Source: an uncultured Bacteroidales bacterium (GTDB lineage Bacteria > Bacteroidota > Bacteroidia > Bacteroidales > UBA12077). Taken from it: a DNA stretch of 64,000 nucleotides. The translations under genes and the position numbers were made by a program. Where the stretch lies: the NCBI GenBank assembly GCA_964587535.1, contig CAZPMA010000002.1:4847-68846 (forward strand), in the 5' to 3' direction. Every line of letters begins with the position of its first letter. The stretch's first letter is position 1. Positions 56,831 to 64,000 of this stretch are shown piece by piece. The notes beneath the pieces are model-generated. The model ran no database searches. It saw nothing but the letters and a program-made list of their open reading frames with translations, and had not been told where the DNA came from.

Positions 56831-58168
56831 ATGAAAGCGTTTAAGGCATACGATATTCGTGGTATTTACAATGATGATTTTAATAAGCAAGATGCTTACA
56901 AGATTGGGTTTTTTCTTCCGGAATTATTACAAGCCGACAATATTCTAGTGGGGCGTGATGTTAGAGTTTCATCTGATGAAATCTTTGAACATCTGGCACA
57001 AGGTATTATTGATAGTGGAGCTAATGTTTATAACATTGGAATTTCAACAACTCCAATGGTGTATTATATAACTGCTAAACACAAATTTGCCGCATCTGTT
57101 CAAATCACTGCATCGCATAATGCAAGAGAATACAATGGGATGAAAATATCTAAAAGCAATGCTTTACCTGTAGGTTTCGATACCGGGTTAAATAAACTTT
57201 TAGAAATGATACAAACCCGAGAGATAGAAATAGCCGATAAAAAAGGTAAGATTGTGGATTACAATGTAAAAGATGAATATGTTCAGTTTTTAAAATCATA
57301 TGTTCAGGATTATTCAAATCTTAATATTGCTGTAGACTGTTCAAATGGCATGGCTGCTTTCTTAATCAAAAAGTTTTTGGGTAAAAACCCTATTTATTTA
57401 TACGACAAATTGGATGGCACATTCCCAAATCATGAACCTAATCCATTAATTGAAGAAAACGTTGAAGATCTTAAAAAAGCTGTATTAGATAATGCCTGTG
57501 ATCTTGGAATAATTTTCGACGGTGATGCCGACAGGGTTATGTTTGTTGATGAAAAAGGACAATTCATTTCGCCAGACTTAATAATCGGTTTAATGGGTCA
57601 TTATTTTCTGGAAAAAGAAAAAGGCGCGGTACTGGAAGATATCAGAACATCAAAAGCAGTAAAAAAATATATTGAAGATTTAGGTGGTGAAATGCATACA
57701 TGGAGAGTAGGAAGGGCTTATGCAGCTCCTAAACTTCGTGAAATTAATGGCATATATGGTGGCGAATTAGCAGGACATTATTACTTCCGCGATTTCTTCT
57801 ATTCTGATTCGGGAATAATGGCAGCATTAATTGTTTTAAATCTATTATCCCGATTTAAAAATGAAGGTAAAACAATGTCTGATTTAATTTCTCGTATTAG
57901 TAAATATGCGAACTCCGGCGAGATTAACTTTAAAATAGAACAAAAACAAGAAGCTATAGAAGCAATTAAAAACTACTTTGTAACTGAAGAAGAACCTATG
58001 GAAATTCTTGATTTCGATGGTTGCCGGCTAGAATTTAAGGACTGGTGGTTTAACGTACGACCATCGAATACAGAACCTTATTTAAGACTTTTAGCAGAAG
58101 CTGATAATGAAGAACTCTTGAATAAAAAGCTGGAAGAAATAAAAACCATCATTAAGAAATTTAAATAA
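56831..58168 (+). CDS. Phosphomannomutase/phosphoglucomutase (alpha-D-phosphohexomutase family)
   Basis: Start placed at ATG 56831 (MKAFKAYDIRGIY...), 445 aa. Catalytic Ser loop TASHNAREYNGMK, Mg loop FDGDADR, sugar loop GGELAGH, phosphate loop RPSNTEP. Confidence 0.88.
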   Translation: MKAFKAYDIRGIYNDDFNKQDAYKIGFFLPELLQADNILVGRDVRVSSDEIFEHLAQGIIDSGANVYNIGISTTPMVYYITAKHKFAASVQITASHNAREYNGMKISKSNALPVGFDTGLNKLLEMIQTREIEIADKKGKIVDYNVKDEYVQFLKSYVQDYSNLNIAVDCSNGMAAFLIKKFLGKNPIYLYDKLDGTFPNHEPNPLIEENVEDLKKAVLDNACDLGIIFDGDADRVMFVDEKGQFISPDLIIGLMGHYFLEKEKGAVLEDIRTSKAVKKYIEDLGGEMHTWRVGRAYAAPKLREINGIYGGELAGHYYFRDFFYSDSGIMAALIVLNLLSRFKNEGKTMSDLISRISKYANSGEINFKIEQKQEAIEAIKNYFVTEEEPMEILDFDGCRLEFKDWWFNVRPSNTEPYLRLLAEADNEELLNKKLEEIKTIIKKFK

Positions 58169-58174
58169 TATACT

Positions 58175-58200
58175 AAACCGAAGTCACCTTCGGTTTTTTT
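58175..58200. terminator. Rho-independent terminator between PMM/PGM and the convergent flippase gene
   Basis: AAACCGAAG-tcac-CTTCGGTTT followed by TTTT. It starts 7 nt after the PMM stop and abuts the flippase stop codon on the opposite strand. Confidence 0.85.
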
Positions 58201-59692
58201 ATTCGTTTCCATTAAAAAGCAAATTGATAATCATTTTTAGATGTAACAATCGCAAAACAAAGGCAAGAGTTAATGTAATTAGTAATATCCCTATCAATTT
58301 AAAAATCCAGTAATAATCGAGTGAAATGGATAAACTTGATACAAAATAAACACCGACAACAAACAATATAAGTTTTATAAGAATATTTGCTTTAAATCTG
58401 AAGTTAAAAACCTTTTTAGCAACTATAAACTGAGCAATTGCCGAAATTGATTGTGTTATCAAACTAGCTACAGCTGATCCAATAGCAAAATACCTGGGAA
58501 TTAGTATAATATTTAATATGATATTTAATGTAACACTACTGGCAGCAATAATATTTAATTCTTTCAAATTTCCATTCGCAGTTAATAATGTACCAAAAAT
58601 ATACGATACCGAAATGCCAATAAAACAAAGAAGTAAAATTCCTAATATGGTTGAAGATGATGTTACATGATGTTTATACAATACATCCATAATCTCAACT
58701 TTATAAAAGAAAGCTGCTAAAGAAATTCCAATTGTCGGAACAATTAATAATAAAAATGAAAACAACGTGAGCTTATTTATTGATTCTTTTTGTTTAATCA
58801 TTTTTGAAAACATTGGCAGAAGCAATCCTGCATATAAAAATGCAAACATGGTTAAAGCATCTAAAATTCTATATCCTTGTGCATAAATCCCTGCTTGCTC
58901 TTTCCCATTAGGCAACATTCTTTCAAGCATAACAGAATCAATCCTATAATAAAACATCATAAGTAAAGCCAATACAGCAAAGGGATAACTCTTTTTTAAT
59001 ATTGCTATAAAATACTTTCGTTCAAGATTAAGCTTTGAAAATTCTGTTTTACCATATACAATGATTGTAGTAACAAACAAAGTAAGTGAATATGATACTG
59101 TTTGTGCATATACAAACCACTCAATCCTGAATTCAGTTTTTATCCATTTGCTCCATAAAAGAAAGCCACATAAGATAATCATCAATGTCCTATCTAAAAC
59201 AGAAATAAAACTATCCGTTTTAAATAAATGCAAGCCGCTTAAATTTGATCTTAAGTATAATATAAAAGAAGAAATAAACTGATTTAAGATTAAAAACAAT
59301 AAAATATAAAACTGTCGTGATGAATAGCCAATAAACACTGCTATTAACAATGTTAGCAGAGCGTAAATAAATGCCAGCAAAAACTTCAACCCTACAATAT
59401 TTGATAATGATTTGCTTAACAGATGATTATGCTGTGCGATATTTCTATTATTGTAATTTGTTATGCCAAGGTCTAGCAAAATATTTAACAACAACGAAAA
59501 GTTAAATAAAGAAAAATACAATCCATATTCTTCTGCTCCAACACTATTTTGCACAACCCTATCAATACCAAAAATCCAGAAGGGTTTTACTAATAGGTTT
59601 AGAAAAATAAGTAATGTAAGATTTGTAAAAAATTTTCTTCTCAAAATAAAAGTTTTTGAAATGTAAATGTAATAAAGTTTTACATTTCTCAT
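58199..59692 (-). CDS. wzx: Wzx-like oligosaccharide flippase (polysaccharide biosynthesis protein, MOP superfamily)
   Basis: About 12 predicted hydrophobic helices and a typical ...KFFTNLTLLIFLNLLVKPFWIFGIDR N-terminal region. The start is ambiguous: TTG 59704, ATG 59692 or TTG 59644. A 10-bp hairpin (59659-59689) sits just after the ATG. Confidence 0.7.
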   Translation of the reverse strand: MRNVKLYYIYISKTFILRRKFFTNLTLLIFLNLLVKPFWIFGIDRVVQNSVGAEEYGLYFSLFNFSLLLNILLDLGITNYNNRNIAQHNHLLSKSLSNIVGLKFLLAFIYALLTLLIAVFIGYSSRQFYILLFLILNQFISSFILYLRSNLSGLHLFKTDSFISVLDRTLMIILCGFLLWSKWIKTEFRIEWFVYAQTVSYSLTLFVTTIIVYGKTEFSKLNLERKYFIAILKKSYPFAVLALLMMFYYRIDSVMLERMLPNGKEQAGIYAQGYRILDALTMFAFLYAGLLLPMFSKMIKQKESINKLTLFSFLLLIVPTIGISLAAFFYKVEIMDVLYKHHVTSSSTILGILLLCFIGISVSYIFGTLLTANGNLKELNIIAASSVTLNIILNIILIPRYFAIGSAVASLITQSISAIAQFIVAKKVFNFRFKANILIKLILFVVGVYFVSSLSISLDYYWIFKLIGILLITLTLAFVLRLLHLKMIINLLFNGNE

Positions 59693-59767
59693 TAATGAAA
59701 TCAATAAGTAATTATTCGTTATTTTTTATCATATTTGTTCTAATTTACTACTTTAAATCTAATCGTA

Positions 59768-60895
59768 TTGAGAATTGCTGTAAATACAAGATTATTACTA
59801 AAAGATAAATTAGAAGGAATTGGATGGTTCACATTTGAAACCCTTAAAAGAATCGTGAAGAATCATCCGGAACATACCTTCTATTTTATTTTTGACCGAC
59901 CATATGACAAACAATTTCTTTTTTCAGAAAATGTAATTCCGGTTAAAACGGGAATACCAACTCGTCATCCTTTTTTATATATTTTATGGTTCGAATTTTT
60001 TATCCCCAGAATATTAAAAAAGATTAATGCTGATCTTTTTATTTCACCAGATGGATATTTGTCATTAACATCAAAAGTTAAATCAGTTGCGGTAATTCAT
60101 GATATAAACTTTATGCATTATCCCAAAGACTTTCCTTTCTTTATAAAAAATTATTATCGCTATTTTTTCCCGAGATTTGCTAAAAAAGCCCGACGAATTA
60201 TTACCGTTTCTGAATATTCAAAACAAGATATCTCAAAAACCTTTAACATAAATCCCAAATTAATTGATCTTGCTTATAATGGGGCTAATACTATTTATAA
60301 TCCAATTAATCTTGATAAGCAAAAGGAAACAAGAGATAAATATAGCCATGGAAAACAATTTTTCTTATTTGTTGGCGCATTAAGTCCAAGGAAAAACATA
60401 TCAAACCTTTTGTTAGCATTTGACAAGTTTAAGTCACGATCAAAAAGCGATACTAAACTGATCATTGTGGGCAAAAAAATGTTTAAAACAAATAATCTTG
60501 AAAACACATATAAAAAATTAAAGCATAAAAAAGACGTGCTATTTGCTGGACGAATGAGTCCTGACAATCTAAAAAACCTTTATGGTGCAGCACTTGCTCT
60601 TACTTTTGTTCCTTATTTTGAAGGTTTCGGAATCCCTATTATTGAAGCAATGAATTGTGAAACGCCGGTAATTACTTCAAATGTAACATCGATGCCAGAA
60701 ATAGCAGGTGATGCAGCCTTGTTGATTGATCCTTTTTCTGTAAATGATATCTCTGATGCAATGATTCAATTATTTGAAAATAATGACTTACGATCAGAGT
60801 TAATTTTAAAAGCTAAGCAAAGAGCAAAAAATTTTAGTTGGGATAAAACAGCTGAACGTTTCTGGGAAAGTATAGAAAAAGTTATTTATGAATAA
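59768..60895 (+). CDS. GT4-family (GT-B fold) glycosyltransferase
   Basis: 375 aa. MRIAVNTR... N-terminus, encoded with a TTG start. C-terminal E(x7)E-type region [43 protein letters not shown]. Confidence 0.8.
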   Translation: MRIAVNTRLLLKDKLEGIGWFTFETLKRIVKNHPEHTFYFIFDRPYDKQFLFSENVIPVKTGIPTRHPFLYILWFEFFIPRILKKINADLFISPDGYLSLTSKVKSVAVIHDINFMHYPKDFPFFIKNYYRYFFPRFAKKARRIITVSEYSKQDISKTFNINPKLIDLAYNGANTIYNPINLDKQKETRDKYSHGKQFFLFVGALSPRKNISNLLLAFDKFKSRSKSDTKLIIVGKKMFKTNNLENTYKKLKHKKDVLFAGRMSPDNLKNLYGAALALTFVPYFEGFGIPIIEAMNCETPVITSNVTSMPEIAGDAALLIDPFSVNDISDAMIQLFENNDLRSELILKAKQRAKNFSWDKTAERFWESIEKVIYE

Positions 60896-61502
60896 AGAGT
60901 CCGGACTGTTAAGTTATTATAAAGTTGGTGTTGTTGAAGCAGGTTGCGATGAAGCAGGCCGCGGTTGTTTAGCAGGTCCGGTAGTTGCTGCTGCAGTCAT
61001 TTTACCAAAGAATTATTTCCATCCCATTTTAAATGACTCAAAACAAATTGGCGAAAAACGAAGATACCAGCTGCGAAAAGAAATTGAAGATGCTGCTTTA
61101 GCTTTTGCTGTTGGTGTTTTAGACAATAATAAAATTGATGAAATCAACATATTAAAAGCATCCATAATGTCTATGCATCAAGCTTTAGATAAGCTTAAAA
61201 TTAAACCAGAACATATTATTATTGACGGAAATAAGTTTATTAACTATAAAAATATTCCACATAAAACAATCGTTAAGGGCGATTCAAAATATTTTTCTAT
61301 TGCGGCAGCATCTATTTTAGCTAAAACTTACCGTGATGATATTATGAAAAAATTACATGAACTACATCCGGATTATAACTGGATTAAGAATAAAGGATAT
61401 CCAACAAAAGAACATCGTGCTGCCATAAAAAAACATGGAACTACTCAATATCACAGATTATCATTTAGGTTACTGGATGAACAATTGTGTTTAAATTTCT
61501 AA
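60888..61502 (+). CDS. rnhB: Ribonuclease HII
   Basis: 204 aa. [43 protein letters not shown]: RNase HII catalytic DEDD contexts. Overlaps the GT4 stop by 8 nt. Confidence 0.9.
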   Translation: MNKESGLLSYYKVGVVEAGCDEAGRGCLAGPVVAAAVILPKNYFHPILNDSKQIGEKRRYQLRKEIEDAALAFAVGVLDNNKIDEINILKASIMSMHQALDKLKIKPEHIIIDGNKFINYKNIPHKTIVKGDSKYFSIAAASILAKTYRDDIMKKLHELHPDYNWIKNKGYPTKEHRAAIKKHGTTQYHRLSFRLLDEQLCLNF

Positions 61503-61513
61503 GAAAATTAGTT

Positions 61514-62548
61514 TCATTTTTTACCTGCCAATTGACCACAGGCTGCATCAATATCCATTCCTCTGCTTCGACGAACATTTACAACCAGGTTTCTACTTTT
61601 TAAGAATTTAACAAATTCGTCAAAGGTTTCATTCGATGATCTTCTGAATCTTTTATCATTTGTAGAATTATACTCAATAATATTTATCTTAACAGGAAAG
61701 CTTTTACAATATTCTGCAAACTCTTTTGCATCATTTAATGAATCGTTAATTCCTTCCATTAATAAATATTCGAAAGTAATTCTTTGATTTGTCTTTTGAT
61801 TAAAATAAACAATCGCTTCACTTAAATCTACCAATGAATTTCTTCGATTAACAGGCATAAACTCACTTCGCTTTTTATTATTTGCAGAATGCAACGAAAC
61901 AGCCAAATTAAATTTAACCTGATCATCGGCCAATTTTTTAATCATTCGTGGCAATCCTACAGTTGATAAAGTTACTCTTTGTGGCGACATTCCTAAACCA
62001 TCGTCCGAAGATACCATTTCCATGGATTTTAAAACATTGTCGTAGTTTAGCAAAGGCTCACCCATCCCCATCAAAACAATATTTGTTAATGAAAGTTTAT
62101 ACCTTTCTTTAGCCAAATTCATTATCTCAACAACTTGAAAATAAATTTCGCCAACACTTAAGTTTCTTCTTAATCCTAATTTGCCTGTAGCACAAAATTC
62201 GCATCCCAAATTACAACCTACCTGTGAAGAAATACAAGCAGTTGCTCTATCATCTGTAGGAATTAACACACCTTCAACAATAGAGTTATCGAAAAGTTTA
62301 AACGCAACTTTTAAGGTTTTATCTTTACTAATTTGCAAATTATCAACCAGAACAGCCTGAATTAAAAAATTCTCTTTTAAAAGAATTCTAAGATCTTTTG
62401 AAAGATTTGTCATATCATCAAAATTACTAACCGGTCTTTTCCATAACCATTCGTAAATCTGTTTAGCGCGAAATGCTTTCTCCCCATTTTTTGTCAAAAA
62501 GTCTTTAATTTCATTTAAAGACAATGACAATATATCTCTCTTTTCCAT
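61514..62548 (-). CDS. rlmN: 23S rRNA/tRNA adenine-C2 methyltransferase RlmN (radical SAM)
   Basis: 344 aa. FRAKQIYEWLW, CISSQVGCNLGCEFCATG, MGMGEPLLN and C-terminal DIDAACGQL: canonical RlmN. Confidence 0.9.
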   Translation of the reverse strand: MEKRDILSLSLNEIKDFLTKNGEKAFRAKQIYEWLWKRPVSNFDDMTNLSKDLRILLKENFLIQAVLVDNLQISKDKTLKVAFKLFDNSIVEGVLIPTDDRATACISSQVGCNLGCEFCATGKLGLRRNLSVGEIYFQVVEIMNLAKERYKLSLTNIVLMGMGEPLLNYDNVLKSMEMVSSDDGLGMSPQRVTLSTVGLPRMIKKLADDQVKFNLAVSLHSANNKKRSEFMPVNRRNSLVDLSEAIVYFNQKTNQRITFEYLLMEGINDSLNDAKEFAEYCKSFPVKINIIEYNSTNDKRFRRSSNETFDEFVKFLKSRNLVVNVRRSRGMDIDAACGQLAGKK

Positions 62549-62684
62549 CTTAAGCTGTTTTTTAGTAATTTTATGGGCAAAGTTAATCTAATTTTCAATA
62601 TTACTTGTATCTAATTAAACTTGTAAGAGATAATTATGTCTTAGTATTTTAAAAGGGGAATATTATAAATTAAACTCAATAATC

Positions 62685-64000
62685 ATGAAAAAGATAATTT
62701 TAATTGTAATTAGTGCGATGTTCCTATTTGGTTCGTCGGTAAAAGCAGATGAAGGAATGTGGTTATTACCACTTATTCAGAAATTAAACATTGAAAAAAT
62801 GCAACAAATGGGTTGCGAATTATCTGCTGAAGAAATCTATAATGTAAATAAAACCAGCTTAAAAGATGCCATTGTCATTTTTGGTGGAGGTTGTACCGGT
62901 GAAATAATTTCAGAAAAAGGATTAGTTCTTACAAATCACCATTGCGGATATGGGGCTATTCAGCAACATAGCTCTCCTGAAAATGATTATCTTAAAGATG
63001 GTTTCTGGGCTGCTGCCATAGAAGATGAAATACCTACTCCGGGTTTGTCTGTTACTTTTCTTGTAAAAATGGAAGATGTAAGCGATCAGATTATTTCAGA
63101 ACTATCAGATGATATGGACGAATTAGCAAGAATAGATTCGGCATATGCTATTGGTAATAGAATAGCTGAAAAAGCTAAGGAAGGAACTCATTATGATGCT
63201 CGAGTTCAGAATTTCTTTGGTGGCAACAAATATTATTTATTGGTTTATGAAAAATTTACTGATGTTCGTATGGTAGGTGCTCCGCCTTCTTCAATTGGTA
63301 AATTTGGTGCTGACACTGACAATTGGATGTGGCCAAGACATACAGGAGACTTTTCTCTTTTCAGAATATATGCCGATAAGGATAATAACCCGGCAGATTA
63401 TTCGCCAGATAATGTTCCTTACAAACCAAAACATCATTTGCCAATTTCAATTAAAGGCATTGAAAAGGATGATTTTGCAATGATCTTAGGTTATCCCGGA
63501 GGAACAGACAGATATATGACATCGATGGAAGTTGAAGAAAGAATAAACATCACAAATAGCAACAGAATATACATTCGTGGTGTACGCCAGGAATTATTGT
63601 TAGAAGACATGCTTGAAGATGATGCCATTAGAATAAAATACGCATCAAAATACTCAGGTTCCACAAACTATTGGAAAAATTCTATCGGAATGAATAAGGC
63701 TTTAAAAAGACTTAAAATTGTTGATAAAAAGAAAAAAGAAGAAGCTGAGTTTATGAATTGGGTTAATGAAAATGAAGAAAGAAAAGCAAAATATTCTGAC
63801 GCTTTACCTTTAATTCAAAAATATATTGATGCAAGTGGAGAGTTAGTTCACTCAAGACAATATATCTCTGAGACTTTACTGCGTGGAACAGAATTGATGA
63901 ATTTAGCAGTACGAATGTCATGGTTTGAAAAAAATCTATTTGAAGGCAATGATGAACAGGTAAAAGAAACCATTAGTGAAATAAAAGAAAGCGCACGTAA
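62685..64000 (+). CDS. S46-family dipeptidyl-peptidase (DPP7/DPP11-like), 3' truncated by the window edge
   Basis: Not in the ORF track because no stop falls within the window. Hand translation from ATG 62685 gives MKKIILIVISAMFLFGSSVKADEGMWLLPLIQ...VIFGGGCTGEIISEKGLVLTNHHCGYGA...DNWMWPRHTGDFSLFRIY. The DEGMW start of the mature protein and the TNHHC His motif are S46 hallmarks. Confidence 0.8.
   Translation, partial: MKKIILIVISAMFLFGSSVKADEGMWLLPLIQKLNIEKMQQMGCELSAEEIYNVNKTSLKDAIVIFGGGCTGEIISEKGLVLTNHHCGYGAIQQHSSPENDYLKDGFWAAAIEDEIPTPGLSVTFLVKMEDVSDQIISELSDDMDELARIDSAYAIGNRIAEKAKEGTHYDARVQNFFGGNKYYLLVYEKFTDVRMVGAPPSSIGKFGADTDNWMWPRHTGDFSLFRIYADKDNNPADYSPDNVPYKPKHHLPISIKGIEKDDFAMILGYPGGTDRYMTSMEVEERINITNSNRIYIRGVRQELLLEDMLEDDAIRIKYASKYSGSTNYWKNSIGMNKALKRLKIVDKKKKEEAEFMNWVNENEERKAKYSDALPLIQKYIDASGELVHSRQYISETLLRGTELMNLAVRMSWFEKNLFEGNDEQVKETISEIKESAR

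Noticed and set aside
63277-63483. 68-aa ORF listed in the track.
   Set aside because: It lies in a different frame inside the S46 peptidase gene, which starts at 62685 and runs off the window. The peptidase frame carries the family motifs.
1-64000. Looked for CRISPR arrays, tRNA/rRNA genes, IS elements, integrases, phage or defence-island signatures and long direct repeats.
   Set aside because: None seen. All intergenic gaps are under 400 nt and contain no cloverleaf-like GC-rich segments or regularly spaced repeats. No transposase, integrase or restriction-like ORFs are present. The only long repeat is the intragenic PGK duplication.

Overview
AT-rich chromosomal segment that looks like Bacteroidota: it carries T9SS/gliding genes (sprA, sprE/porW, porX, gldH), a T9SS C-terminal sorting domain, a TonB-dependent receptor with a CarboxypepD_reg N-terminus, and almost no Shine-Dalgarno sequences. 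All calls come from reading the ORF translations and the DNA by eye; no searches were run. The window is densely coding, with about 45 genes, mostly housekeeping and envelope functions. From left to right: class II RNR; a TBDR/lipoprotein/NPP-phosphodiesterase operon; a waaA, SPOR-repeat protein, wza, wzc envelope operon; a 1149-aa orphan outer-membrane protein; a long minus-strand block ruvA-sprA-gcvH-sprE-porX-tsaE-ald; a divergent T9SS-cargo serine protease; malic enzyme, pdxA, pepA, an Mqn-type radical SAM enzyme, sfsA, sucC, Fe-S carrier genes, trmB, gldH, PSP1, holB; then an odd glycolytic-looking cluster; then wzx, a GT4 glycosyltransferase, rnhB, rlmN and a partial S46 dipeptidyl peptidase. 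I found no rRNA, tRNA, CRISPR array, transposase or integrase. The most unusual content is at 52.7-58.2 kb. One 794-aa ORF consists of two complete, apparently catalytically intact phosphoglycerate kinase units fused head-to-tail without a linker. It is followed by a third, strongly diverged PGK paralog that has altered 3-PG-pocket motifs and a perfect AGGAGG Shine-Dalgarno, and then by a PMM/PGM-family mutase. I know of no described PGK-PGK fusion or three-PGK-module cluster. Secondary observations: a SusD-less TBDR/acidic lipoprotein/NPP operon with operator-like palindromes upstream; a protein with four SPOR repeats and a coiled coil in the wza/wzc operon; obligatory TTG starts on sprA, sprE, the 1149-aa OMP and the GT4; an orphan terminator in a divergent intergenic region; and an alkyltransferase-like (Cys to Ala) MGMT homolog.
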